A stretch of 64,000 bases of DNA. Origin: an uncultured Gemmatimonadaceae bacterium (GTDB taxonomy: Bacteria > Gemmatimonadota > Gemmatimonadetes > Gemmatimonadales > Gemmatimonadaceae). The stretch covers positions 833,916 to 897,915 of the forward strand of contig CAWBOC010000005.1 of NCBI GenBank assembly GCA_963790305.1, written 5' to 3'. Each line of letters starts with the position of its first letter. The first letter of the stretch is position 1. Positions 1-9,882 of the stretch are shown here, one piece after another. The notes below the pieces were generated by a model, which ran no database searches, was not told the DNA's origin, and saw nothing but the letters and a program-made list of their open reading frames with translations. The position numbers and the translations under genes are program-made.

Positions 1-2
1 TC

Positions 3-194
3 ACGAAGGTCTTGCGCGTTGCGGCGATGACGCTGCGACGGAAGCGGCGCCAGCACGCGGAGAAGCGTGTCGCGCTCGCGCCGGTGAAGATGACGTTCCC
101 GCTGGTCACGATGATTCTGCCAGCGCTCTTCATCATCATTCTCGGACCGGCCGTCCTCGAAGTGATCTCGTCGCTCTCGGCAGCGGCGCGATAG
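3..194 (+). CDS. tadC: TadC-like (T2SS F family) pilus assembly protein, C-terminal fragment
   Basis: RRKRRQHAEKRVALAPVKMTFPLVTMILPALFIIILGPA matches the typical TadC C-terminus; the frame is open to the window edge. Confidence 0.8.
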   Translation, partial: TKVLRVAAMTLRRKRRQHAEKRVALAPVKMTFPLVTMILPALFIIILGPAVLEVISSLSAAAR

Positions 195-202
195 GCACGG
201 CT

Positions 203-1408
203 ATGATGACAGCGCCCGGAAGGGGGAGACTACGGAATCGCCGTGGTGCGATCGTAGTGATGACGGGGATTTTCATCGTCGCGCTCATGATGATCGCGGC
301 GATCTCGGTCGATGCCAGCCGCATCTTCGCCGCGAAAAACGAGCTGCAGACAGCCGCCGACGCGGCGGCACTCGCGGGAGCGCTCCAGCTGCTCGAGGGG
401 AGCGAGACCTACGAGGATACGGCGCGCGCGTACGCGCAACGCAATCTGGTCGAGCAACACAACATCGATTCGGTCGAGGTGGAGTACGGCGTCTGGCTCT
501 CGGGAGAGCGTTCCTTCGTTGCAGGGGGGGAGCCCAAGGACGCCGTTCGAATCACGACCCGGCAGCCGTTGCCGCTATCGCTGGTGCGCGTTTTCGGCGA
601 CTCGACCGTCACGATCACCGCCACGGCCATCGCCTGGTCGTCGGGACCGGTGATGGAGCCGCCGTGCCTCAAGCCAATCGCCGTTCCGTACAGCCGGCTG
701 CTGCAGATTCTCGGTCACCAGCCGTGGTCGGACATCTCCCTCACCGACGACGACATTCGTCAGCTCCGTGATCTGCCGGTCAGCGCCCGGAAGTGGCACT
801 TCCACTTCGGCGATGAGCAGACGCAGCACAGTACCGCCGGCGGCCAGCAGTTCGGCGAGGACCACCTCAAGCGCGACCAGTATTTTCCGATCGACATTGA
901 TTCGACGTACGACCCAACCGATCCGGGGATGCATTCGCGTCCGTCCATCGATACTGCCACGTACCGTTCGTACCTCGCCGGCCCACCCGACGGGCGATGC
1001 TCCGCACGAGTGCGTCCCGGCAATCTCGTTCGGTCCGAGCCGACGCCGAAGGTGAGGGCGGTACGCGACGGACTGGCCGAAATCTGCCGGTCTCTTGGCG
1101 GCGACCTGCTGGGCACGACCGTGCTCACCTGTCGCTCGGGCGGTGCACGGATCGAGATGCCACTGCGTGTCGCCTACTGGTCGGGATACCTGCCCTCCCC
1201 CGACTACGTCCCCTGGTACGACGATGGGGCGGGCGCGATTCTCACCACCCGCGCCACGGGCTCGTTCGTCGTCGACAGCCTCGATTGGAATCAGGGCAAC
1301 GAAATATTCCACGCGCGCATGCATGGGTACTTCGATGTCCAGCCAACGTTCGGCGTCGTGGATGAGACCGCCGCCTCGACGCTGCTCCGTCCCGTGCTGG
1401 TGCGGTGA
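203..1408 (+). CDS. TadG-like pilus assembly protein
   Basis: N-terminal RRGAIVV..hydrophobic..VD..R..ELQTAADAAALAGA Tad pseudopilin motif; follows tadC. Confidence 0.8.
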   Translation: MMTAPGRGRLRNRRGAIVVMTGIFIVALMMIAAISVDASRIFAAKNELQTAADAAALAGALQLLEGSETYEDTARAYAQRNLVEQHNIDSVEVEYGVWLSGERSFVAGGEPKDAVRITTRQPLPLSLVRVFGDSTVTITATAIAWSSGPVMEPPCLKPIAVPYSRLLQILGHQPWSDISLTDDDIRQLRDLPVSARKWHFHFGDEQTQHSTAGGQQFGEDHLKRDQYFPIDIDSTYDPTDPGMHSRPSIDTATYRSYLAGPPDGRCSARVRPGNLVRSEPTPKVRAVRDGLAEICRSLGGDLLGTTVLTCRSGGARIEMPLRVAYWSGYLPSPDYVPWYDDGAGAILTTRATGSFVVDSLDWNQGNEIFHARMHGYFDVQPTFGVVDETAASTLLRPVLVR

Positions 1409-3175
1409 GAGCGGACATGCGGCCACCGGCGCGCGACGCCGAAGTCCACCGGGAGGTGACGGACCGCGGGAACGTTCTCCGCGATCCGCTGCCTACGGCA
1501 CGCGCGATCCTCTGGAAACCGCTGCCTGATTCCTACCACCTGCTCGCGTCCATGATGCGGACGACTGAGCAGCAAGCGTTTCTGTTCGTCACGCAGCGCG
1601 CCTTCCTTCAGGTCGAGCGTCACCTGCGGTCGGCGCCCGACCTCGAGCTCGGGGGCTTCCTCGCCGGACAGCTGTTCGAGTGCCCGCGTACGCACGTGCG
1701 CTACTCGGTCATCAACACGGTCGTCCCCTTCGCCGACGTCAGTAGCAACGCGCTCCTGTCACGCGTGACGCAGGAGTCGTTCGATACCGTCCGCAAGCGG
1801 CTCGATACGCACCGGTTGTCGCTCATCGGCTGGTATCGCAACGGAACCGGGCTCGGCTTGCAGCTGCTGCCTGACGACGTCGAGACGCATCTCACCTACT
1901 TCGATCAACCCTGGCAGACGACCATGCTCGTCATGCCGGATCCGATGAAGTGCAAGGGTGCCTTCTTTACCTACGACGCGCGCGTCGGCCGTAGCTACTG
2001 CATTCCCTTCTACGAGCTCTTCGATTCGCCGGGCGCCGACTCCAAGCGCCTGGACCGCACGTGCGTGAGCTGGACGACGTACGTGGCGGCAGAGCCGGTC
2101 GCGCCACTGCCGGTGGCGGAGAAGGAGGTCGTCGAGGCCACGGTCACTCCGCCGCGCAAGCCCGCTCCTGAGCCGGAGCCGAAGGAGCCGATCGACGAGT
2201 GGTGGGAGGCGATCAAGGATCCCTGGGTGAAGCTCAAGGGCGTCGCGACATCGGTGACTCGTCGTGAAGACGAGGCCTCGCCGGTTGCCGACTCCGTTCG
2301 CGAGAGGGCACCCGTTAGGCCGTTGAAGGTCGAGCCGCTCCGTGCCGCGCCGGCGCCCATGCGTGAGCCCCGTGTGCCTGACGAGCGGGCTCCGATGGTG
2401 CCCCCGATGGTGACCGCTGTTCCGCGGCCAACCCGGTCCCAGTCGGCAGCCGCGCAGCCGGCAATGCAGCCCGCGCCGGAGCAGCCCGCGCCGATGCAAG
2501 CCCGCGCCAATCAAGCCCGCGCCAATCAAGCCCGCGCTCGTTCAGCCACCATCTCCGCGGCCGACTCCCGTTCAGCGCGAACGTCCCCAGCCGGCGGCGC
2601 CACGCTCGGCGACGCCGCTGGGCGCATCGCGCAAACGGCCCTCGCCACCGCTGGCGATACCACTGCCCGCGTCTACCACGCCGGCGGTGGCGCTGCCCCC
2701 TGACTTTCATGAGGAAGCCAGACGCTGGCAGCGGCGCCGTCAGATAGGCCTCGCGGTGGCTGCCATGTCGTTCCTCAGTGTGATCGCACTGTCGACGCTG
2801 CGCTCGCCGACCAGGCGTGGAGCGCCGCCGGCACCTCCGGTCGCGGAGCAACCGGTCCCGTCCGCTGCATTGACCGTGGCGATGAACGGAGACAGCGCAC
2901 CGGTGGAGCTCCCGCTGGCGGCGGCGGTCGATTCACTGTCGGGGGCGCTGGCCTACTATCGCGATATCGCGAAGGACCATCGCGAAGGGCTGGTGGGCTG
3001 CCGCGTGCTCGACCGCGCATATGCGCTGGTCGGTCGAGCCCGCACGCGCGTGGACTCGGCGCGTCAGCAGGTCGCTGGCACCCTCGCCGATGCGGACTCG
3101 ATTCGCGTTTCCATGCTTGGCGCCGAGTACACCTTCGTCACCCAGACGTACCGTCGGTCCGGCTGCCGCGCCTGA
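1405..3175 (+). CDS. Degenerate JAB/MPN-domain protein with Pro-rich linker and TM helix (apparent frameshift near 2498)
   Basis: ELGGFLAG...IGWY...DVETHLTYFDQPWQ resembles the JAB fold. ORFs 1405-2703 and 2687-3175 join if one base is removed at ~2497-2499 (PAPIKPAPIKPAL...PPDFHEE). Confidence 0.6.
2467..2540 (+). repeat. 15-bp intragenic tandem repeat (QPAPx/KPAPI)
   Basis: cagcccgcgccggag cagcccgcgccgatg caagcccgcgccaat caagcccgcgccaat caagcccgcgctcgt. Confidence 0.8.
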
Positions 3176-3196
3176 GCCCCACCTAACGAAGGTCGA

Positions 3197-4480
3197 TTAC
3201 GTCGTGCCGAGCCATCGCGCGAGCTCGCGGATCGTCGGTCGCTTCCCGTACATCAGCATTCCGGTCCGATAGATCCGCGCCGCGATCCAGACGGCAATGT
3301 AGCTGCCCGCCGCCACCGAGATCAGCGCGACTGCCACCTCCCATCCCGCGACCGGGATCACCGCCATGCGCAGCGGCATCACGATGGGCGCGGAGAAGGG
3401 AAGCCAGGACAGCGTCTGCGCGAGCCCGCTGGTGGGGTTGGACAGAATCGGCTGAAAGAACACGAAGCTCGATACGAGCAGCAGGATGATCGGCATGAGC
3501 GCCTGCTGCGCCTCCTGCTCGGTGCTCACCATGGCACCGACCGCCGCGAACAGCGCCGAGTAGAACACGTAGCCCGCGACGAAGAAGAGCAACAGCATGA
3601 GCCCCATGCCGACCGTGACATCGGGAGGCGTGAACGACATCTCCGATGCCCCGAATCTCGCGAGAATTGGCCCACGATAGCGAAGCAGCAGGATTGCCGA
3701 CGAGATCCAGACCGCCAGCTGCGTGAGACCAACCGCGCCAACGCCGACGACCTTTCCGGCCAGAAGCTTCCACGGCTCCACGCTCGAGACCACGACCTCG
3801 GCGACGCGCGTCTGCTTTTCCTCCATCACGCCGCGCAGCACCGCCTGGCCATAGAGCATGAGCGCCATGTACAGCATCACCACGATGATCAGCGCAAAGA
3901 AGACGCTGACCCTCGCGGAGCCGCCGCGCCCGCGATCGGTAATGCGCTCGAGCTCGAACTCGAGCTGCGTGCGTACGAGAGAAGCGGAGCGGTCCGGCTC
4001 GACCCCCGCCATCTCGAGTCGCGTCTGCATCACGCTTTCGCGCACGACGCGGCGAATCATCTCCATGTCCGCCTCCGCCGACGCATTACGCCCCGCGTAG
4101 CGGACGCGGCGTCCCTCGAGTGCCGCGGAATCGAGTACCAGGTATCCCGTGAGCGCCCCGCGCACGATCTCTCGCGTCGCGACGCTCTCGGCGGGCGCGA
4201 GCTGACCCGCCGTCACCTCCTGCACCCGGGTGCGCGCCGTGTCGCCGATCATCCCTACGCTCAGGCCGTCGGCGATTCGGTGGCCGAGCTGATGCCCGGT
4301 GGCATCGAGCACGACAATGCGCGACACCTCCTCGGACGCCTTCGTGCGCCGGGCGACGATGGCCGGGAGGATCATGAGCAAGGCGAAGAACACCGGGCCG
4401 AACACGGTGCTGAACAGGAACCACCGCGTACGAACCCGCTCGAGATACTCACGCGCGGTGATGACCCAGAGCTTATCCAT
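3197..4480 (-). CDS. ABC-2 type transporter permease (NatB/YhaP-like)
   Basis: EEKQTRVAEVVVSSV..LLAGKVVG motif, multiple TM helices; overlaps the ATPase gene. Confidence 0.9.
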   Translation of the reverse strand: MDKLWVITAREYLERVRTRWFLFSTVFGPVFFALLMILPAIVARRTKASEEVSRIVVLDATGHQLGHRIADGLSVGMIGDTARTRVQEVTAGQLAPAESVATREIVRGALTGYLVLDSAALEGRRVRYAGRNASAEADMEMIRRVVRESVMQTRLEMAGVEPDRSASLVRTQLEFELERITDRGRGGSARVSVFFALIIVVMLYMALMLYGQAVLRGVMEEKQTRVAEVVVSSVEPWKLLAGKVVGVGAVGLTQLAVWISSAILLLRYRGPILARFGASEMSFTPPDVTVGMGLMLLLFFVAGYVFYSALFAAVGAMVSTEQEAQQALMPIILLLVSSFVFFQPILSNPTSGLAQTLSWLPFSAPIVMPLRMAVIPVAGWEVAVALISVAAGSYIAVWIAARIYRTGMLMYGKRPTIRELARWLGTT

Positions 4481-5438
4481 GGCCGCTCATCCCCTCCTCG
4501 ACGCCGGTCGCGCCGACACGGTCGAGGAAGATGCGGTGCAGCGAGGGCCGCACGAGCTCGAACCGCTCGATCGAAGCGCCAGCCCCGATGAGCCGCGCGA
4601 GGAGGTCCTGCGCAGAGGCGGTCGGGGCGAGCTCGATCTCCAGCATGCGATTGGAATCGTCGCAGCGCGCCACGAGCGTTCGATCGCGAAGAATTTCCGG
4701 GACGCTGTCTGGTGTGCCATTCGAGAGCACGACCGCAACGTGGCGGTCGCCCTGACGCGCCTTCACCTCCGCGACCGCGCCATCGAGCACCTTCTCGCCG
4801 CGCGCGATGATGCACACGGAGTCGCAGAGCCGCTCGGCGTTGTCCATGAGATGGGTGCTGAAGATCACCGACTTCCCGCGCTGGCGCAGCTCGACGACAA
4901 TGTCTTTCAATGCCTGTGCATTGATCGGATCGAGGCCGCTGAACGGCTCGTCGAGAATGACGAGGTCGGGGTCGTGGATCAGCGTCGAAATGAATTGGAC
5001 CTTCTGCTGCATGCCGCGAGACAGGTCATCGACCTTGGCCGCACCCCAGTCCTTTTCGCTAGTCCTGAGTCCCAGACGGTCGAGCCAGTGGTCTATCCGG
5101 CGATCGGCATCGGCGCCCGACATGCCCTTGAGCTGGGCGAGGAACCGTAGAACGCGCCGCACCTGCATCTTCCGGTATAAGCCGCGTTCCTCCGGGAGGT
5201 AGCCGATCCGATCGGTGATCCCGGCCTTGGAGTTCGGCTCGCCAAAGATCCGAATGGTCCCTTCGTCCGGTGCGATGATGTTGAGCATCATCCGGATGGT
5301 GGTCGTCTTCCCAGCGCCGTTCGGGCCCAGAAGCCCATAGACGGACCCACGTGGAACGGTGAGGGACAGGTCACGGACGGCGACGTGGCCAGTGTAGCGC
5401 TTCCAGGCGTGCTGTATCTCGACGGCGGCATTCGACAT
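4473..5438 (-). CDS. ABC transporter ATP-binding protein (NatA/YhaQ-like)
   Basis: GPNGAGKTT, LSRGMQQK, ILDEPFSGLDP; start placed at ATG 5438. Confidence 0.92.
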   Translation of the reverse strand: MSNAAVEIQHAWKRYTGHVAVRDLSLTVPRGSVYGLLGPNGAGKTTTIRMMLNIIAPDEGTIRIFGEPNSKAGITDRIGYLPEERGLYRKMQVRRVLRFLAQLKGMSGADADRRIDHWLDRLGLRTSEKDWGAAKVDDLSRGMQQKVQFISTLIHDPDLVILDEPFSGLDPINAQALKDIVVELRQRGKSVIFSTHLMDNAERLCDSVCIIARGEKVLDGAVAEVKARQGDRHVAVVLSNGTPDSVPEILRDRTLVARCDDSNRMLEIELAPTASAQDLLARLIGAGASIERFELVRPSLHRIFLDRVGATGVEEGMSGHG

Positions 5439-5560
5439 GGGGGGAATATACGCCACGGCTCCCATTGCCGAAGGCGGTCCAGGGCCGCCGGTTGGCAGTC
5501 ATCGTCGGTGCGCGTCAGATTCCCCGGACACCGCCGCGTGCCTACGATCCCGTCGAGCCC

Positions 5561-6379
5561 TTGATCCCATCTCGCGTCTCCCACCGAGTCGCCAGCGTCG
5601 TCGCCGCGACGTTTGCCTCCCTGTTCCTGCTTTTCCTGGTGGCGCCGATCGCGGAGCTCGTCGCGACCGGGGGCGGGAGCGGCCTGCGCAAGCTCACCAC
5701 GGATGCGGAGCTGCGATCTTCGCTCTGGCTGACGCTCGTGACGGCGACGGCGGCGGTGCTGTGCGGTGTCGCGGGGGGCACGCCGATCGCCTATCTCCTC
5801 GCCCGAAGACAGTTCCGGGGGCGCGCAGTGCTTTCCGCCATTCTGGATCTTCCGCTGCTCATTCCGCATCCGGTAGCCGGCATTGCGCTACTCCTGGTTC
5901 TGGGACGCAACAGCGTGGTGGGCGGGGCGGCGCTCGACGCGGGCCTCCGGATCGTCGGCTCTCCGATCGGCATTGCCGTCGCGATGCTGTTCGTGTCGGC
6001 CCCGCTGTACGTCAGCGGGGCTCGTGAGGCGTTCGCGCGGGTCGATCCGCGGTACGAGGCCGTGGCGCGCACGTTAGGCGATCCGCCGTGGCGTGCGTTT
6101 CGCCGCGTATCGCTGCCGCTCTCGATGCGTGGCCTCGTCGCGGCCGCGGTGGTCATGTGGGCGCGCGCCGTGAGCGAGTTCGGCGCGATCGTCGTCATCA
6201 CGTACAACCCGAAGGCGGCGAGCGTGCTGAGCTACGATCGCTTCACCAGCTTCGGGTTGTCCGAGGCGCTGCCCGTCGCCGCCGTCCTCGCGATTCTGTC
6301 GCTCGTGCCGCTGACCTTGCTGCGCGCGCTGCGCTATGGGCGCACGGCCGCGGACACTGGATGGGCAGGAGAAGGATGA
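5561..6379 (+). CDS. Molybdate/tungstate ABC transporter permease (ModB/WtpB-like)
   Basis: DLPLLIPHPVAGIALL, EAVARTLG, WARAVSEFGA; start codon uncertain. Confidence 0.85.
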   Translation: MIPSRVSHRVASVVAATFASLFLLFLVAPIAELVATGGGSGLRKLTTDAELRSSLWLTLVTATAAVLCGVAGGTPIAYLLARRQFRGRAVLSAILDLPLLIPHPVAGIALLLVLGRNSVVGGAALDAGLRIVGSPIGIAVAMLFVSAPLYVSGAREAFARVDPRYEAVARTLGDPPWRAFRRVSLPLSMRGLVAAAVVMWARAVSEFGAIVVITYNPKAASVLSYDRFTSFGLSEALPVAAVLAILSLVPLTLLRALRYGRTAADTGWAGEG

Positions 6380-7464
6380 TCGACGTTCGCAGTGTCAGCG
6401 CGCGGCTGGGCGCGTTCGAGCTCCGCGACGTCTCGTTCGTGGTGCCGCACGGCAAATATGGCGTCGTCATCGGACCGGCGGGCTCCGGAAAGACCACGTT
6501 GCTCGAGACGATCGCGGGCATCCGCCCGTTGCGTGCGGGGACGATCAGCCTCGACGGCCGGGACGCGCGTGGCGTCCCGCCGGAAGCGAGACGAGTCGGT
6601 TTCGTCTACCAGCATGGGTACTTGTTCCCGCATCTGACTGTCCACGAGAACATCGCCTACGGCGCGTCGACCGCCGAGATGGCGCGTGAGACCGCTGCGC
6701 GACTCGGGGCAGAGGAATTGCTGGGACGATCGGTGCGTGGTCTATCGGGAGGGGAGCGCCAGCTGGTCGCCATCGCCCGCGCTCTCGCGGCACGACCGTC
6801 GATTCTCCTGCTCGACGAGCCATTCAGCGCTCTCGATCCGCGGCGTCGCGTGCGCGTGCGGCGCGAAGTGCGTGCACTGCATCAGGAGTGGAACGTCACG
6901 GTGTTGCAGGTGACGCACGACTTCACCGAAGCGGGACTGCTTGGCGACGTGGCCATTCTGCTCGATAGCGGCCGTGTGCTCCAGTCCGGCCCGCCGGAGC
7001 GCGTCTTCCGCGAGCCAGCGTCGCCGTATATCGCCGAGTTTCTTGGGGCTGAAAACGTCCTTGCGGGCACGGTGCATCATCTTCGAGACACCGCCCCCGA
7101 CTGGAGCGCGTCGCGCGATGAGATGAATGATGTTGCCGCCCGCGGGAAGCACGCGATCGAGTTTCGCGCCGGCCCGCTCACCTTGTACACGGTTGGCGAT
7201 GCGGCGGAGGGGGCGGGCCACGCGGTGATTCGTGCGGAAGAGATCCTACTGTCCGTCGAGCAGCACCCCTCCTCGGCGCGCAATGTATTCCGCGGGCGAA
7301 TCGTTGAGGTGGCCTCGTCCGGCGCTCTCACGCGCGTGACGGTCGACGTTGAAGACACTCCTCTCATCGCGGCACTGACGACTCGGTCCGCGGAGGAGCT
7401 GCAGCTGACGCAGGGCAACGAGGTCTGGGCGAGCTTCAAGGCGATGGCCGTGCACCTGTGTTGA
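6376..7464 (+). CDS. Molybdate/tungstate ABC ATPase with C-terminal TOBE domain
   Basis: GPAGSGKTT, LSGGERQ, LLDEPFSALD, SSARN...FKAMAVH TOBE; ATGA overlap with the permease. Confidence 0.9.
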   Translation: MIDVRSVSARLGAFELRDVSFVVPHGKYGVVIGPAGSGKTTLLETIAGIRPLRAGTISLDGRDARGVPPEARRVGFVYQHGYLFPHLTVHENIAYGASTAEMARETAARLGAEELLGRSVRGLSGGERQLVAIARALAARPSILLLDEPFSALDPRRRVRVRREVRALHQEWNVTVLQVTHDFTEAGLLGDVAILLDSGRVLQSGPPERVFREPASPYIAEFLGAENVLAGTVHHLRDTAPDWSASRDEMNDVAARGKHAIEFRAGPLTLYTVGDAAEGAGHAVIRAEEILLSVEQHPSSARNVFRGRIVEVASSGALTRVTVDVEDTPLIAALTTRSAEELQLTQGNEVWASFKAMAVHLC

Positions 7465-7512
7465 TCGGTTGACCTCCGCCTTCCGCTTTCCGAGTTGAGA
7501 GCCGGCATTCAC

Positions 7513-7711
7513 GCATCCAGGTTCAAAGTTGGGACGCGGATTTCGCGGATTCAGCGGAAACGGCCGGATCGCTTCTGGCGCATTGATTCCTCCTCTACCG
7601 CAACAAAAAAACAAATTCTTGGGCTGCACGAGGAGAGTTTCTGGCGCCAGGAATAATCCGCCTGATCCGCTGAATCCGCGAAATCCGCGTCCCCTCTTTG
7701 AACCTGGATGC
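7513..7711. repeat. Long imperfect inverted repeat (~65-bp arms containing CGGATxxxx nonamers)
   Basis: gcatccaggttcaaag..gggacgcggatttcgcggattcagcgga ... tccgctgaatccgcgaaatccgcgtccc..ctttgaacctggatgc. Confidence 0.9.
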
Positions 7712-7793
7712 TCGGGTGTGATGCCGGCGTCCTGTACGGCCACAGGGATAAGGACCTGTCCTCGACAGGGGACGAAGCCGTGCGTTCGAAACC

Positions 7794-7852
7794 TGTCAAG
7801 TCATTACCGTTTCAAGCGTTGCTCGAGAGTGGAGGGTTGGCGCGGCGAGTGC
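7794..7852 (+). promoter_or_regulatory. Putative sigma54 promoter with IHF-like site
   Basis: TGGCGCG-N4-GTGC at 7838-7852 (GG-N10-GC); TGTCAAGTCATTA at 7794-7806 has one mismatch to WATCAANNNNTTR. Confidence 0.45.
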
Positions 7853-7893
7853 CATTGCGAAGGCGAGGATTCGGTTTCGCAACGCATTCCCCC

Positions 7894-8457
7894 ATGGACC
7901 TTCGAGCAATTCTTTTCGGCGTCGTGCGACCCTGGCGGGCGCGAGTCAGCGACTCGCGCCCGCGGAGTTACGCGCTGTCGCCTGACGCCGCTTTCGCGGA
8001 GGGATGGGAATCGCTGCAGTGTGAGGAGTTCATCGAGGCCGAGCGCGCGTTTCGACTCGTGCTCGAGGCGCGGCCCGACGATGCGGACGCGTCGCTCTAC
8101 CTGGGAATTGCGCTCGCGGGGCAGGGATCCCATGCGGACGCGATCGCGCCTCTGCGCGCCGCAGCGGAGGCACGACCCCTCGACGCCGAGGTGCACTGGC
8201 GGTTAGGCATCTCGCTGCGGGAGACTGGCGAGCTCTTTCTCGCCATGAGCTCGCTGCGCCAGGCGCTTCAGCTGCGCCCGGGACTCTACGAGGTCGAGGC
8301 GGCCCTCGACGACCTCGTCAGCGCGGCGGCGCGCTCGGCGACGCGAACATCGCCTGTGCGCGGACGATCCCTTCGACGAGCCGGACGACGTCGCTCACAT
8401 CGGTATATACGTAGAACGATGCCCGCGTCGTCGCGGGAACTCCGAGTCGGCGCATGA
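7894..8457 (+). CDS. Tetratricopeptide repeat protein
   Basis: Repeating helical motifs (AERAFRLVLEARPDDADASLYLG; PLDAEVHWRLG). Confidence 0.7.
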   Translation: MDLRAILFGVVRPWRARVSDSRPRSYALSPDAAFAEGWESLQCEEFIEAERAFRLVLEARPDDADASLYLGIALAGQGSHADAIAPLRAAAEARPLDAEVHWRLGISLRETGELFLAMSSLRQALQLRPGLYEVEAALDDLVSAAARSATRTSPVRGRSLRRAGRRRSHRYIRRTMPASSRELRVGA

Positions 8458-9547
8458 GCGGCTGGGCACAATGATGCCCGGCCCGCACGCACACCCCCTG
8501 CTGATCGAGTACGGTCGCAAGGTCGTGCGGATGGATCTCATCGACGACGAACGATACGACGCCGCTTCGGCGTGCGAGCGGAGGCCCGAGGAGGTGGACA
8601 CCATCGAGCTCCCCCAGGGAGCCGATTGCCGTCTCGAGAATCATCCGCTCATGCTCGGCGACTCGATCCATGCCGAGCCGCTCGAGATACTCGACGGCTG
8701 CCGCCAGGCCGACGGCCCCGGCGACGTTCGGGGTTCCGGCCTCGAACTTGTGCGGCAGCACGTTCCACGTGGTTCGCTCATCGAGGACGTACTCGATCAT
8801 GTCGCCGCCGGTCTGATACGGCGTCATGCGCTCGAGGAGCGCGCGCCGCCCGATCAACCCGCCGATGCCCATGGGACCGAGCATCTTGTGGCCGCTGAAC
8901 GCGTAGAAGTCGACCCCGAGCGCGTCGAACCGAACGGGGAAATGCGGGGCGCTCTGTGCGCCATCGCAGACGACGATCGCACCGCACCGTTCGCGCACGA
9001 GCGCGGCGATCTCGCGTACCGGGTTGATCGTGCCCAGGGCGTTCGAGACGTGGCTGAACGCGACGACGCGCGTCCGCGCGTTGAGCAGGCTCGTCAGGCA
9101 GTCCAGGTCGATCTCACCGGTCTCGGTGAGATCGCAGATACGCAGCTTCGCCTCCCGGTCGAGCGCGAGCTGCTGCCAGGGGACGAAGTTCGCGTGGTGC
9201 TCGAGACCGGTGATGACGATCTCGTCCCCGGCACGAATGTTCGGCCGTCCCCACGCTGCCGCCACGAGATTGATCGACTCTGTCGTTCCACGCGTGAAGA
9301 TCAGCGACGCTGCATCGGCGACGCCGAGAAAGCGTGCAATGCGAGCACGCGCCTCCTGATAACGGTCGGTCGCCCGCACTGAGAGCTCATAGGCCCCGCG
9401 ATGCGGATTCGCGTTGTCCTGCTCGTAGTACGCCTGCATCGCGTCGAGGACGGCGCGCGGCTTCTGCGACGTGGCGGCCGTGTCGAGGTAGCAGAGCTCG
9501 GGATTGGCAGCGAGGAGGGGGAAGTCGGAGCGTGGCGCGAGCGTCAT
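8318..9547 (-). CDS. sufS: Cysteine desulfurase SufS
   Basis: YLDTAATSQKP, FSGHKMLGP (PLP Lys), RAGHHCAQP (catalytic Cys). Confidence 0.95.
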   Translation of the reverse strand: MTLAPRSDFPLLAANPELCYLDTAATSQKPRAVLDAMQAYYEQDNANPHRGAYELSVRATDRYQEARARIARFLGVADAASLIFTRGTTESINLVAAAWGRPNIRAGDEIVITGLEHHANFVPWQQLALDREAKLRICDLTETGEIDLDCLTSLLNARTRVVAFSHVSNALGTINPVREIAALVRERCGAIVVCDGAQSAPHFPVRFDALGVDFYAFSGHKMLGPMGIGGLIGRRALLERMTPYQTGGDMIEYVLDERTTWNVLPHKFEAGTPNVAGAVGLAAAVEYLERLGMDRVAEHERMILETAIGSLGELDGVHLLGPPLARRSGVVSFVVDEIHPHDLATVLDQQGVCVRAGHHCAQPLMRRLGVPATTRASFYVYTDVSDVVRLVEGIVRAQAMFASPSAPPR

Positions 9548-9882
9548 GAGCGCTTCCTCGGCCCAACGAACACCTGACCGTCGGCGACCGAGACCTCGTA
9601 GACGGGAAGCGGATCGGTAGCGGGGTGCCGCCGTACATCGCCGGTGAGCCGATCGAAGCGCGCACCGTGCCAGGCGCACTCGATCGTTCCATCATCGAGC
9701 AGCGTGCCGTCGCACATCGGGAAATCCTGATGCGGGCAGGTATCGCTCACGGCGCCGATCTCACCACGAAAGTTGTAGAGACATACGCGCTCCCCCGTCT
9801 CGAGCTGCACCGAGAGCATGGTTCCGTCGGGCACATCCGTCAGCGCAGCCGCGAGGTGGAACCCGGACTGCGGTGGGTTCAC
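9544..9882 (-). CDS. Rieske-type ferredoxin
   Basis: CPH...CAWH Rieske motif; overlaps sufU and sufS. Confidence 0.9.
   Translation of the reverse strand: MNPPQSGFHLAAALTDVPDGTMLSVQLETGERVCLYNFRGEIGAVSDTCPHQDFPMCDGTLLDDGTIECAWHGARFDRLTGDVRRHPATDPLPVYEVSVADGQVFVGPRKRS

Noticed and set aside
1405..2703. CBASS or ubiquitin-like defence system (Cap3 JAB)
   Set aside because: JAMM catalytic residues are absent, and there is no CD-NTase, E1/E2 or Ubl gene in the window.
7529..8206. ORFs translating the inverted repeat (RGFRGFSG / PLNPRNPR)
   Set aside because: The peptides are translations of the palindromic element.
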